A stretch of 64,000 nt of DNA, taken from Octopus sinensis (lineage: Eukaryota). Positions 49,030 through 59,925 of this stretch are shown piece after piece. How positions within the stretch are numbered: the first letter of the stretch is position 1; every line of letters starts with the position of its first letter. The position numbers were made by a program, and so were the translations under genes. The DNA lies in contig NW_021833073.1 in the NCBI RefSeq assembly GCF_006345805.1, positions 1 through 64,000 on the forward strand, given 5' to 3'. The notes beneath the pieces were generated by a model, which worked only from the letters and a program-made list of their open reading frames with translations, was not told where the DNA came from and searched no databases.

Positions 49030-49560
49030 CTTTTACTTATTTCAGTCATTTGACTGCGGCCATGCTGGAGCACCGCCTGTAATCGAGCAACTCGACCCCG
49101 GGACTTATTCTTTTGTAAGCCCAGTACTTTTTCTATCGGTGTCTTTTGCCGAACCGCTAAGTAACGGGGACATAAACACACCAGCATCAGTTGTCAAGCA
49201 ATGCAAGGGGGACAAACACAGACAAACAAACGCACACACACATATATATATATACATATATACGACGGGCTTCTTTCAGTTTCCGTCTACCAAATCCACT
49301 CACAAGGTTTTGGTCGGCCCGAGGCTATAGTAGAAGACACTTGCCCAAGGTACCAAGCAGTGGGACCGAACCCGGAACCATTTGGTTGGTAAACAAGCTA
49401 CTTACCACACCGCCTTTAGTCGAATATTTTGACCCCAAAGAATAATTCTTTGTAAGCTTAGTACTTATTCTATCGATCTATTTTCCGAACCGCTAAGATG
49501 CGGGGACGTTAACACGCCAACATCGGTTGTCCAGCGAGGGTGAGAGGTCAAACAGACGTA
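49030..49560 (-). mobile_element. Family-B SINE plus a partial second copy
   Basis: ttcagtcatttgactgcggccatgctggagcaccgcc...gggaccgaacccggaacc...cttaccacac. Confidence 0.85.
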
Positions 49561-49607
49561 CAAGCATACAAATATACATACATACATACATAGATACATA
49601 CACACAC

Positions 49608-49667
<60 letters not shown>

Positions 49668-49712
49668 GTCTATCTATCTATCTATCTATCTATCTCTCTA
49701 TCTATCTATCTA

Positions 49713-49792
<80 letters not shown>

Positions 49793-49941
49793 AAAAGCAA
49801 TAAAGATTCAAGTTAATTTAAATGAATTTACTTGAATATGGTACCTAACTTAGATGCACCAAAAAAAAAACTATACTGTTTTAACAATACAGTAATGTGG
49901 GGTGATTATAAGCGAGAAAGAAGCAACAAGAATGGATAGGT

Positions 49942-50032
49942 TTTTAGTACAATCGTTTCATACAAGGACAGGCTTTATTAAAAGTTGCAAAAATTACAGC
50001 ATATAAACGTGTCCCGTACTCATCAGCTAAAA
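49942..50032 (-). ncRNA. Type I hammerhead ribozyme, intact core
   Basis: Minus strand: ttttag CTGATGA gtacgggaca...tgtccttgtat GAAAC GATT GTA ctaaaa; perfect 6-bp stem I. Confidence 0.85.
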
Positions 50033-51148
50033 TACATGTGAGTTCTCTAGACATCCTAGTGGTTGAGGCTATACTCATGAAGTAATGTAGATAATTAAGT
50101 AACAGATTTCCAAAGTTCATTAAAGTTCTTTAAAGATGATGTACAGTCTTATCACAGAATTTTAAAAATTACTATCCCTAGTAATAATAAATCTGTTATA
50201 GAAAGGATTAGAAAGAAAATTAATAAGTTCTTTAAGGATTTCAACCTCAGTATAACGTATGAACCGGGCACTAAAATAGTTAACTTCCTAGATATTACGC
50301 TAGACCTTAACTCCAAGCTGCATTACCCATTTAGAAAGGAAGGGAAATCACGAATTACGTAAATAAATTATCAAATCATCCCCCAAATATAATTGAATCT
50401 TTAGTAAGAAATATTTCATTAAGAATTTCAAAATTATCATCCAATAAGGATATATTTAACTCCCATTCTGAGCATTATAATGCGGCGTTAACTAAGGCTG
50501 GATACAACCAAAAGATTACATTCGTTGATAAGGAGAACTCACGTATTCCTAATGAAGAAGTTATCAGTAATCACGTAAGCAGCAATACAGACCAAGCCCG
50601 AAATAAAAGTAGAATTAAATTAACGGTAAACGCTAATCTAACGTACAGGCCCAACAATTCAAATAGAAGCATTGACCAGAACATAGGTAACTCGGATAAT
50701 ATCGAAGTAGATAAACCTAAGATGCACACAAATAAAAAAAAAATAATGATAATAAATACAATAACTCCGGTGAGATGAATAGTAATAATTCTACGAACCC
50801 TAAATTTATAAAAAAAGATATATTATGGCTGAATATTCCTTTCAACTGTGCGATACAATCGGATATACAGAACAAATTCAAAGTAATTCTGGAAAAAAAT
50901 TTCCCTATCTCTCATAGATATCATAGAATTATTTCTAGGAAAACAGTTAGGATTTCTTATTCAACCCTCCCAAATATGTCCACTTTAATAGCTAAGATTA
51001 ATAATAACAACATTAAACTAGCCAGGAAAGATAGAAATAAAAATAATAATATCAGCATGAATACCAATAGCAATTATAATAATACTACCAAAACAATAAA
51101 AACAGCAATAGTAACTATCAAAACATAGGTGAAATTAGTAACCACAGA

Positions 51149-51958
51149 ATGACTAATAACATTAACATTAATAGTAATAATAACAATGCCGATATTAATA
51201 GAAGTAATAATGTTAATAATAGAAATAATAGAAATAAGGCTAATGGAGAAAATAAGGAGAATGAAAATATCAGTGATATCTATAACAACAATATGCAGTC
51301 GGATAAAAAGACTAACAATAATAGTAACATTACCAATAATATAAGAAATCATGGTAGGACTTTAGACCTAAATGATGAAACAGAAGGATCAATAAATAAT
51401 AGCAATACTTTAGATATCAGCACCAACTATAGAAATATTAATAGCAATAAGGACAATTATACTCATGATAATCAAAATAATAGGAACCTAAGACATCTAC
51501 CTAAGAATAATCCAAAACCTGAAGTTGTTCCTCCTGTGTGTAAGTGTAGAATAAAATCAAAATGCCCGGCACCTGGTCTATGCGGGGAAAATAATGTAAT
51601 CTATAAATGTACCATATCCACGGAGAATAACAAATATTTTTACATTGGATGTACAATTAATTTTCTAGCCAGAGTTAGAAATCACATCTCGTCTTTTAAA
51701 TTACGTCATAAAGCTGGTACCACCACACTTTCAAACAAAATCTGGGAACTCAAAAATAATAATAATTATTATAACCTTAATTGGGAAATAGTTAGGAGAG
51801 CAATTCCGTATAAAAATAGTAGGGTTGGTTGCCAACTATGCTCCATGGAGACGTATGAAATTCTAAAGCATAGAAAACATAGAAACTTATTGAATAACCA
51901 TATCGAACTAGGTCAAGTTTGTGTCCACGCTAAATTGAAGACTTTAAAATATATTTAA
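51149..51958 (+). pseudogene. PLE3 Asn-rich linker + GIY-YIG endonuclease
   Basis: CKCR....CP..GLC...NVIYKC...FYIGCT...R..NH; CQLC..E; CVH. Confidence 0.9.
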
Positions 51959-53408
51959 ATGATTAGAATATTCGTAACTAGATAGATAGATAGATATAAC
52001 TTGATTTTTACTAGTATAGCACTGCTTTAAGTAGATAACTAAGAGTTCTCACACTACAGTTATCTTTTTCCTTATATCTGCATCAGTTTTTTGAGAACAG
52101 GGAAATGAATAGTACTTATACGCTGCTTAATTGAGGCTTTATTTAATTTCAAACTCATAATTTTAATCTTAATTTTAAATCTTAATTGTAATTTTTAATT
52201 TTAATTCTTAACTTAATCTAATTTAAGTAGCATAACTTTAATAAAGTAAAATGAGTTACTAAAGCCCCATAATTCTATTTCAAAATTAAATAAATAAGGC
52301 TACTCCTCGGTGATAATATGATTTCTTCATTATGATAGACAATTCCCTAACACCTTGTAAATGATCTTCTAAGATTTGACCTGTAGTCCGTCAATGTATG
52401 AATAATAACGGCAACTCCTTAAGACAATAAAATGAATAAATTAAATAAATAAATTTTAATGACTTTTTGATAAGATTATACTTAGATTTTCCTAATGTAT
52501 TTCTTTTGATTTTAGCCTCTGACCCCTAAACCCCTGACCGTGTTATCTCTTTAGATTCTCTTTAAATTCATAGCTGATTTCAACAGCAATAAATTAGCTG
52601 TTTTACTGGTCAAAGAATAATATTCTCCTCTAGTTCCTAGATGCCTGTAAATTAAAACCAGACTTGCCGTCTACTAATTCTTCTGTATAACTAGAACCCT
52701 CTTTTTTTCTTTTTTTTTTTTCCCTTCTTTCCTATTTCTTTCTCTTTTCTCTTTTTTCTTTTCTTCTTCTTATTCTCTTTTTTCTTTTTCTCTTCTCTTT
52801 TAGTCCCCCTCCCCCTTTTTGCTCCCTCCTCCTTTATTTCTCTCTTTTCTTCTCTTCCCTTCCCTTTTCTGTTCTTTGCCTCTCTAGAAAGCCCTTCAGC
52901 CTTTAAAAGTTAAATAGCTACAGCCTCTTGTAAATAGCAGTAATGTGATTAATGTGGCAAATACCTAATCATATAACAAGAATTGATACCTACCTCATTG
53001 TGTTCAACCATTGATAAATTTATCGCCTGTGAATATGAAATTCCTCTTCATTTCTCTGGAAATTTACATCTACACCATTGGAAATTGTGCATCTATACAA
53101 AGGATTAATTCACCCTCTCTGTAATGCTAATAAGCAGGAATTGAGACCCACCTCGTTGTGATTAACAATGGATAAATTTGTCGTCTGTGAGTATGTAATC
53201 CCTCCTCATATCTCTGAAATTCATATGTGCACTATGGATTAGGTCACCTTCTCTGTGATGCTATTAAAACTTTTTTTAAAATTCTGTGATAAGACTGTAC
53301 ATCATCTTTAAAGAACTTTAATGAACTTTGGAAATCTGTTACTTAATTATCTACATTACTTCATGAGTATAGCCTCAACCACTAGGATGTCTAGAGAACT
53401 CACATGTA

Positions 53409-53498
53409 TTTTAGCTGATGAGTACGGGACACGTTTATATGCTGTAATTTTTGCAACTTTTAATAAAGCCTGTCCTTGTATGAACGATTGTACTAAAA
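53409..53498 (+). ncRNA. Hammerhead ribozyme, inverted copy with GAAA reduced to GAA (probably inactive, or a sequencing error)
   Basis: ttttag CTGATGA gtacgggaca...tgtccttgtat GAAC GATT GTA ctaaaa. Confidence 0.7.
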
Positions 53499-53593
53499 CC
53501 TATCCATTCTTGTTGCTTCTTTCTCGCGTATATATATATATATATATATCTTTATATATATATCAATAGAAAAAACAGGATGCAAAGGATTTT

Positions 53594-53680
53594 GCGGTAC
53601 ATATGTTTCTAGCATTATTGAGCAATTTATATCAATGCATAATTGATATAACATGTAGGTCAACAGCCTTCTTCAGCCGC
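53594..53680 (-). ncRNA. Type I hammerhead ribozyme (copy 1)
   Basis: Minus strand: gcgg CTGAAGA aggctgttga...ttatatcaat tatgc attgatataa...tcaataatgcta GAAAC ATAT GTA ccgc. Confidence 0.85.
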
Positions 53681-53980
53681 GTACAATTACCACACCAAAG
53701 ACATGTATTACATTATAGCAGGTTTGAGAAGAAGTTTGGGAAAAAACGAGTTACATTGGGAAAGTAAATCCTCATAGTCGTATGTGGCATAGCGAGACAC
53801 GAAAACAAAACGTCCATACCGTTTTTTTCACTCGATTAGGAATGAGGTGGGTTGGATGTTGAGAGAAAGGGGAGGAGGTGGAGAGGGTACCTCTTTAATG
53901 AAGTTGGGATCACAAAGAGGAAAAAGTAATGTATATAAATATTATTATACAGTAATAATAGTAAGTACAAAATGTATGTA

Positions 53981-54038
<58 letters not shown>

Positions 54039-54298
54039 CACACATAAATATATACGACGGCCTTCTTTCAGTTTCCGTCTACCAAATCCACTCACAAGGC
54101 TTTGGTCAGCCTGAGGCTATGCAGAAGACAGCTGTCCAAGGTGCCACGCAGTGAGACTGAACCTGGAGCCATGTGGACGGTCAGCAAGCTACTTACAATA
54201 CAGTCACTCCTGCGTCTATGTATTGCATTTATATACATCAAGCCTAATAGTTTTTATCTGTTTCACTATCTCCCTTTCTCTCTCTCTCTGTCTCTCTC

Positions 54299-54365
<67 letters not shown>

Positions 54366-54486
54366 ATATATATATTATATATACATATAGAAATAAATGA
54401 AAAAGATGAATATACAAACGACGTGGTCTTTTGCTTATATATATTTTTCATTTATTATGGAATTGAAGAACGCAACACATCGAATT

Positions 54487-54520
<34 letters not shown>

Positions 54521-54855
54521 ATATATATTATATATATATATATATATATATGGTGGGATTGTGTTAACCTCACGTGGAGAAATGATAGGAATGGAAAAAA
54601 TAATAATAATAAGGCAGAATACTAAGCTGAAAGCAATTTTAATATAAATGAGTGTAAGAAAAATTAAAAAAGGAGATCAAACCCTCTTTCATAACAAGGC
54701 AAATTTTCAAGATTTGGAATGGGAAAAAATTTTTCTAATGAGGAAGGGGAAAAAAATACCTATCCATTCTTGTTGCTTCTTTCTCGCGTATATATATATA
54801 TATATATATATCTTTATATATATATCAATAGAAAAAACAGGATGCAAAGGATTTT

Positions 54856-54942
54856 GCGGTACATATGTTTCTAGCATTATTGAGCAATTTATATCAATGC
54901 ATAATTGATATAACATGTAGGTCAACAGCCTTCTTCAGCCGC
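54856..54942 (-). ncRNA. Type I hammerhead ribozyme (copy 2)
   Basis: Same sequence as 53594-53680. Confidence 0.85.
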
Positions 54943-55242
54943 GTACAATTACCACACCAAAGACATGTATTACATTATAGCAGGTTTGAGAAGAAGTTTG
55001 GGAAAAAACGAGTTACATTGGGAAAGTAAATCCTCATAGTCGTATGTGGCATAGCGAGACACGAAAACAAAACGTCCATACCGTTTTTTTCACTCGATTA
55101 GGAATGAGGTGGGTTGGATGTTGAGAGAAAGGGGGAGGAGGTGGAGAGGGTACCTCTTTAATGAAGTTGGGATCACAAAGAGGAAAAAGTATATGTATAA
55201 ATTTAAATATGATTATACAGTAATAATAGTAAGTACAAAATG

Positions 55243-55286
<44 letters not shown>

Positions 55287-55546
55287 AATATATACGACGG
55301 CCTTCTTTCAGTTTCCGTCTACCAAATCCACTCAACAAGGCTTTGGTCAGCCTGAGGCTATTGCAGAAGACAGCTGTCCAAGGTGCCACGCAGTGAGACT
55401 GAACCTGGAGCCATGTGGACGGTCAGCAAGCTACTTACAATACAGTCACTCCTGCGTCTATGTATTGCATTATATACATCAAGCCTAATAGTTTTTATCT
55501 GCTTCACTATCTCCCTTTCTCTCTCTCTCTGTCTCTCTCTCTCTCT

Positions 55547-55626
<80 letters not shown>

Positions 55627-55721
55627 GAAAATAAATGAAAAAGATGAATATACAAACGACGTGGTCTTTTGCTTATATATATTTTTCATTTATTATGGAA
55701 TTGAAGAACGCAACACATCGA

Positions 55722-55789
<68 letters not shown>

Positions 55790-55790
<1 letters not shown>

Positions 55791-57010
55791 TGGGATTGTG
55801 TTAACCTCACGTGGAGAAATGATAGGAATGGAAAAAATAATAATAATAAGGCAGAATACTAAGCTGAAAGCAAATTTTAATATAAATGAGTGTAAGAAAA
55901 ATTAAAAAAGGAGATCAAACCCTCTTTCATAACAAGGCAAATTTTCAAGATTGGAATGGAAAAAATTTTTCTAATGAGGAAGGGGAAAAAAATTTACAAA
56001 AATTAATGAATAAGGATACCAATACATTCTAGTGTCTTCATGCTTTTAAAGTTCGATATTATTCCATGGAAAAACGTCTTTGGGGTATTAGGATGCATGT
56101 GTTTTAGTGTAGTGTTTCCTTTGAGGAGGTTGGATGTTTATGCGTCAAAACAGGAAATGAGGTAGGAGTTATCCAGTTCCTGTGAAAAAGGAGAGACAAT
56201 TCTGTGGATTTTATACTCTTTAATTGGAATACTGGATTGTTTGTCAAACAGGATGCTAGAAAACGGAGTTTGGAATTTTTCAATAAAAAGATTCTCCTTG
56301 TTGATACTTACTTTTGTAGTGCTTCTGTCCTTACATTCATAGAAAGGGAATATACGAAATTTGGGATTTTTATTTCTAGCGCAAGTGTCTATGTGACTAC
56401 TGAGTGGAATTTGACGGTATTGTGGGAGATATATCGTTTCTTTATGGACTGCTACTCTTCTGCATAGAGGAAGGCTCGTCTGTCCGATATAATTGTGTTG
56501 GCAACCTGCGCATGTAAGGACGTAAATGAGGCTCCCGGAGGTCTTGATTTTAAACTTTGTTCCTTGCTTGAAAGTAAATTCAGAACCTTCAAGTAGGAAG
56601 GGGTAGGTACCACATTTAGGGTGTGCACATTTTTGAACTGATGGGGGTGGATGTGGTGTATGAAGTTTGGCATTTGTTAGGAATTTTTTTCAATGATTTA
56701 TGTTGCCTTCCGCATTTAAGGATTTTATGTGTATTGATAAAAATATTCATTTTCGGTCCATGGACAGTATAATGAGGTGTTTTATGATTGTGCTGTATGC
56801 TTCGATGTTTTTGGGGTTGTGGGTGGAAATGTATGGAAGTATTTTGAGGTTTGTTGTGTTACTGTGTTGGGTGGTTTTCAGTGTGTTATTGTCGATTTCC
56901 TTGGCACGTTTTATTCCAAAGTCTATCAGTGTAGAAGGATATTGGCTTTGTATAGTGTTTTTTTAAGGTCTTTAAGGCGTATTTCTCAAGTTGTTGGGTC
57001 CGGGTCAATG
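55790..57010 (-). mobile_element. Penelope-like element PLE5 (Neptune-type), 5'-truncated: RT thumb + GIY-YIG + 3' region
   Basis: Hand translation: RICSID...RLKDLK...ILPYISTHNPKN...CAHPKCGT...LIYVLTCAGCQHNYIGQT...RQIPLSSHI...FRIFPFY, aligning with PLE2. Confidence 0.85.
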
Positions 57011-57025
57011 GAGCAAATCCATATG

Positions 57026-57074
<49 letters not shown>

Positions 57075-57076
<2 letters not shown>

Positions 57077-57375
57077 AGGCGCAATGGCCTAGTGGTTAGA
57101 GCAGCGAACTCGCGGTCGCAGGATCGCGGTTTCGATTCCGGGCGTTGTGTGTGTTTATTAAGCGAAAAATACCTAAAAAGCTCCATGAGGCTCCGGCAGG
57201 GGGAGGGGGTGATCCCTGCTGTACTCTTTCACCACCTTTTCTCCCACTCTTTCTTCTGTTGGCCTACACGCTTAGCCACGGGGTGGCGTCATTCGAAGGC
57301 TAAAACAATGCGAACGCATTGTGACCAGCGATGTGTAACAACATCTGAGGTCTGGTCGGTCACGTGATCACGTGA
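57075..57375 (+). mobile_element. Full-length tRNA-derived SINE (family C) within (TA)n
   Basis: A-box tggcctagtggttag, B-box-like ggtttcgattcc, ending cacgtgatcacgtga. Confidence 0.85.
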
Positions 57376-57545
57376 TATATATATATATATATTACACGGC
57401 GAGCTTCTTTCAGTTACTTAGTCGATCAGAGGCTATAGCAGAAGACACCCAAGGTGCTATGCAGTGGGACTGAACTCGGAACCATGTGGTTGGGAAGGAA
57501 ACTTCATACCACACAGCTACGTCTGTATTCATGTATGTGTGTGTA

Positions 57546-57588
<43 letters not shown>

Positions 57589-57892
57589 AAAGTACGTATA
57601 GGGAAAATTCAATCTTCAATTATAGAATTCACAATTGTCTTTCTCTTATATTAACATATTTAGATTTAGAAAATATCATCGAAATTAATATTTCCGAAAA
57701 TACATGGTAACACAACGTTTACAAGGCGATCCAAAGTTAATTAAATTCAAAGTGAACTGAGGAAATATTTCCAGTACATGAACGTCCTTTCTGTATGCGT
57801 TCCTGTAATGGAAATATATTCTTCTGCAAAAGTTGAAGACGCATACGTCGTCTTCGTCGAGAGAATCCATCACATGTACGTACGTGTATCTG

Positions 57893-57927
<35 letters not shown>

Positions 57928-57929
57928 GG

Positions 57930-57967
<38 letters not shown>

Positions 57968-57974
57968 TCTCTTT

Positions 57975-58375
57975 CTCTTTTACTCTTTTACTTGTTTCAG
58001 TCATTTGACTGCGGCCATGCTGGAGCACCGCCTTTAATCGAGCAACTCGACACCGGGACTTATTCTTTTGAAAAGCCCAGTACTTATTTGGTCTCTTTTG
58101 CCGAACCGCTAATGAACGGGGACATAAACACACCAGCATCGGTTGTCAAGCAATGCTAGGGGGACAAACATAGACACACAAACACACACACATACATATA
58201 TATATACATATATACGACAGGCTTCTTTCAGTTTCTATCTACCAAATCGACTCACAAGGCATTGGTCGGTCCGGGGCTATAAGAAGACACTTGCCCAAGA
58301 TGCCATGCAGTGGGACTGAACCCGGAACCATGTGGTTGGTTAGCACACTACTTACCACACAGCCACTCCTGCGCC
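57975..58375 (-). mobile_element. Full-length family-B SINE
   Basis: ggcgcaggagtggctgtgtggtaag...gggttcagtcccactgc...gactgaaacaagtaaaagagtaaaaga on the minus strand. Confidence 0.9.
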
Positions 58376-58406
<31 letters not shown>

Positions 58407-58416
58407 ATAAACATAT

Positions 58417-58450
<34 letters not shown>

Positions 58451-58458
58451 ATATAATA

Positions 58459-58495
<37 letters not shown>

Positions 58496-58501
<6 letters not shown>

Positions 58502-58754
58502 TTAGAAACAAAAACACTATTAGGCAAATCAAACAATGAAAAACTTAAGCCAAGACATAAAATTATTTAATTTATATTATTTAAATATATAACAGAAGAA
58601 GTTAGCAGGCATGAAACGATCGTAGTGTGATATTAATTATATTTTTTTATTAATTTTGTTATATATTGAAATAATAAAAATTAAATAAGTTTATGTATTG
58701 GCTTAAGTTTTCATTGTTTGATTTGCCTAATAGTGGTTTTGTCTCTAATTTAAT
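58496..58754. repeat. Fold-back of a PLE terminus (about 70-bp arms) with a degenerate hammerhead in the loop
   Basis: attagaaacaaaaacactattaggc...agccaagacataaa versus its reverse complement at 58685-58754; the loop reads CAGAAGA...GAAAC GATC GTA. Confidence 0.8.
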
Positions 58755-58833
58755 ATAATATAATATTTTACTATAAAATTGGATTCAATCCTAAATCTGA
58801 TTTTCCCTGTACGTTTGGATTATTCCCTAATAT

Positions 58834-58920
<87 letters not shown>

Positions 58921-59003
58921 TTAGAGACAAAACCACTATTTTGCAAAACAAACAAGAAAGACTTAATCAATACATAAAATTTTAATAAAAAGTAAAAAAA
59001 CCG

Positions 59004-59048
59004 CCACTACACAATTGTTTCATGTCTTGAACGACAATCTTCAGGTGG
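59004..59048 (-). ncRNA. Minimal hammerhead ribozyme, variant with a 2-nt insertion before GUA
   Basis: ccac CTGAAGA ttgtc gttcaa gacat GAAAC AATT GT GTA gtgg. Confidence 0.65.
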
Positions 59049-59652
59049 ATTTCCGATCTAAAATATCAATATCAATATCGAACGTTCGATCACCAAGTGC
59101 AAAGAATTGTTTATTTTTCTTTTGAGTGTTTATGTATGTGTGAATGTGTGTGTGTGTGTGTGATTGTTTGCGTAATTTATTTATCTGTATAGATGTGGGT
59201 GTGAATATATTGGTGTATATATCGAGTTCTGTATGTTTGTATATGTATGTGTGAGCGGGTATACGTATATTGTTTATGAATGTGGGTTGTATGTGTGGTG
59301 AGGGAGTATGAATAAGTATTGTGTTGAAGTATTTGGCTATTTTATTTATTTATCGTTGCCTAGACGTTTTTTATGTGTATGTATAGGGATATATAGGTGT
59401 GTGAGTTAGTGTATGTATTTAGATATGGTTTATATACTTAGTTATATGTGTATGGGTGTATATATAGTTTATTTTTATTTTGTTTTATATTTAATTGTTG
59501 ATAGGTTTATTTTAGTTTATATATTGATTATATATGGATTATATATAGGTTATATATAGATTATATATTTATATTTTTCATTGATACTTTAATTATTTTA
59601 AAATTATTTTTTATACTTATATTTTAAAATATTGATATTTTAGATCGGAAAT

Positions 59653-59694
59653 CCACCTGAAGATTGTCGTTCAAGACATGAAACATTGTAGTGG
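59653..59694 (+). ncRNA. Minimal hammerhead ribozyme (42 nt)
   Basis: ccac CTGAAGA ttgtc gttcaa gacat GAAAC ATT GTA gtgg; stem I CCAC/GTGG, stem II TGTC/GACA. Confidence 0.8.
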
Positions 59695-59925
59695 CGGTTT
59701 TTTTACTTTTTATTAAAATTTTATGTATTGATTAAGTCTTCCTTGTTTGTTTTGCAAAATAGTGGTTTTGTCTCTAATTAATATTATATAATATTTTACT
59801 ATAAAATTGGATTTAATTCTAAATCTGATCTTTTCCCTGTAAATTTGGATTTATTCCCTAATATTTATTATTATTTAATATTGATAATTTTGTATATTGA
59901 GTGTAATACCTCAATTTCGTAAATT

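Larger units (their letters stand above)
49912..53527 (+). mobile_element. Penelope-like element PLE3, 5'-truncated, bounded by about 256-bp inverted repeats (49912-50168 and 53273-53527)
   Basis: RT thumb (NFLDITLDL...NHPPNII), WLNIPFN...RISYSTLPNM, GIY-YIG ORF 51149-51958. The inverted arms carry a hammerhead. Confidence 0.9.
53498..55993. repeat. 1260-bp tandem duplication (53498-54757 and 54758-55993)
   Basis: Near-identical units; each holds a hammerhead, a family-B SINE fragment, (CT)n/(TA)n tracts and a PLE terminus. Confidence 0.95.
58920..59778. repeat. Inverted repeat (58920-59072 and 59629-59778) at the 5' end of PLE4
   Basis: About 150-bp arms, each with a hammerhead. The spacer resembles the 3' region at 63700-64000. 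Confidence 0.9.

Noticed and set aside
56452-56673. ORF MPNFIHHIHPHQ... as an independent gene
   Set aside because: It is an off-frame reading of the PLE5 linker and GIY-YIG region.
57075-57150. tRNA genes at the SINE heads
   Set aside because: A/B boxes are present, but there is no complete cloverleaf, and each continues into a SINE body.
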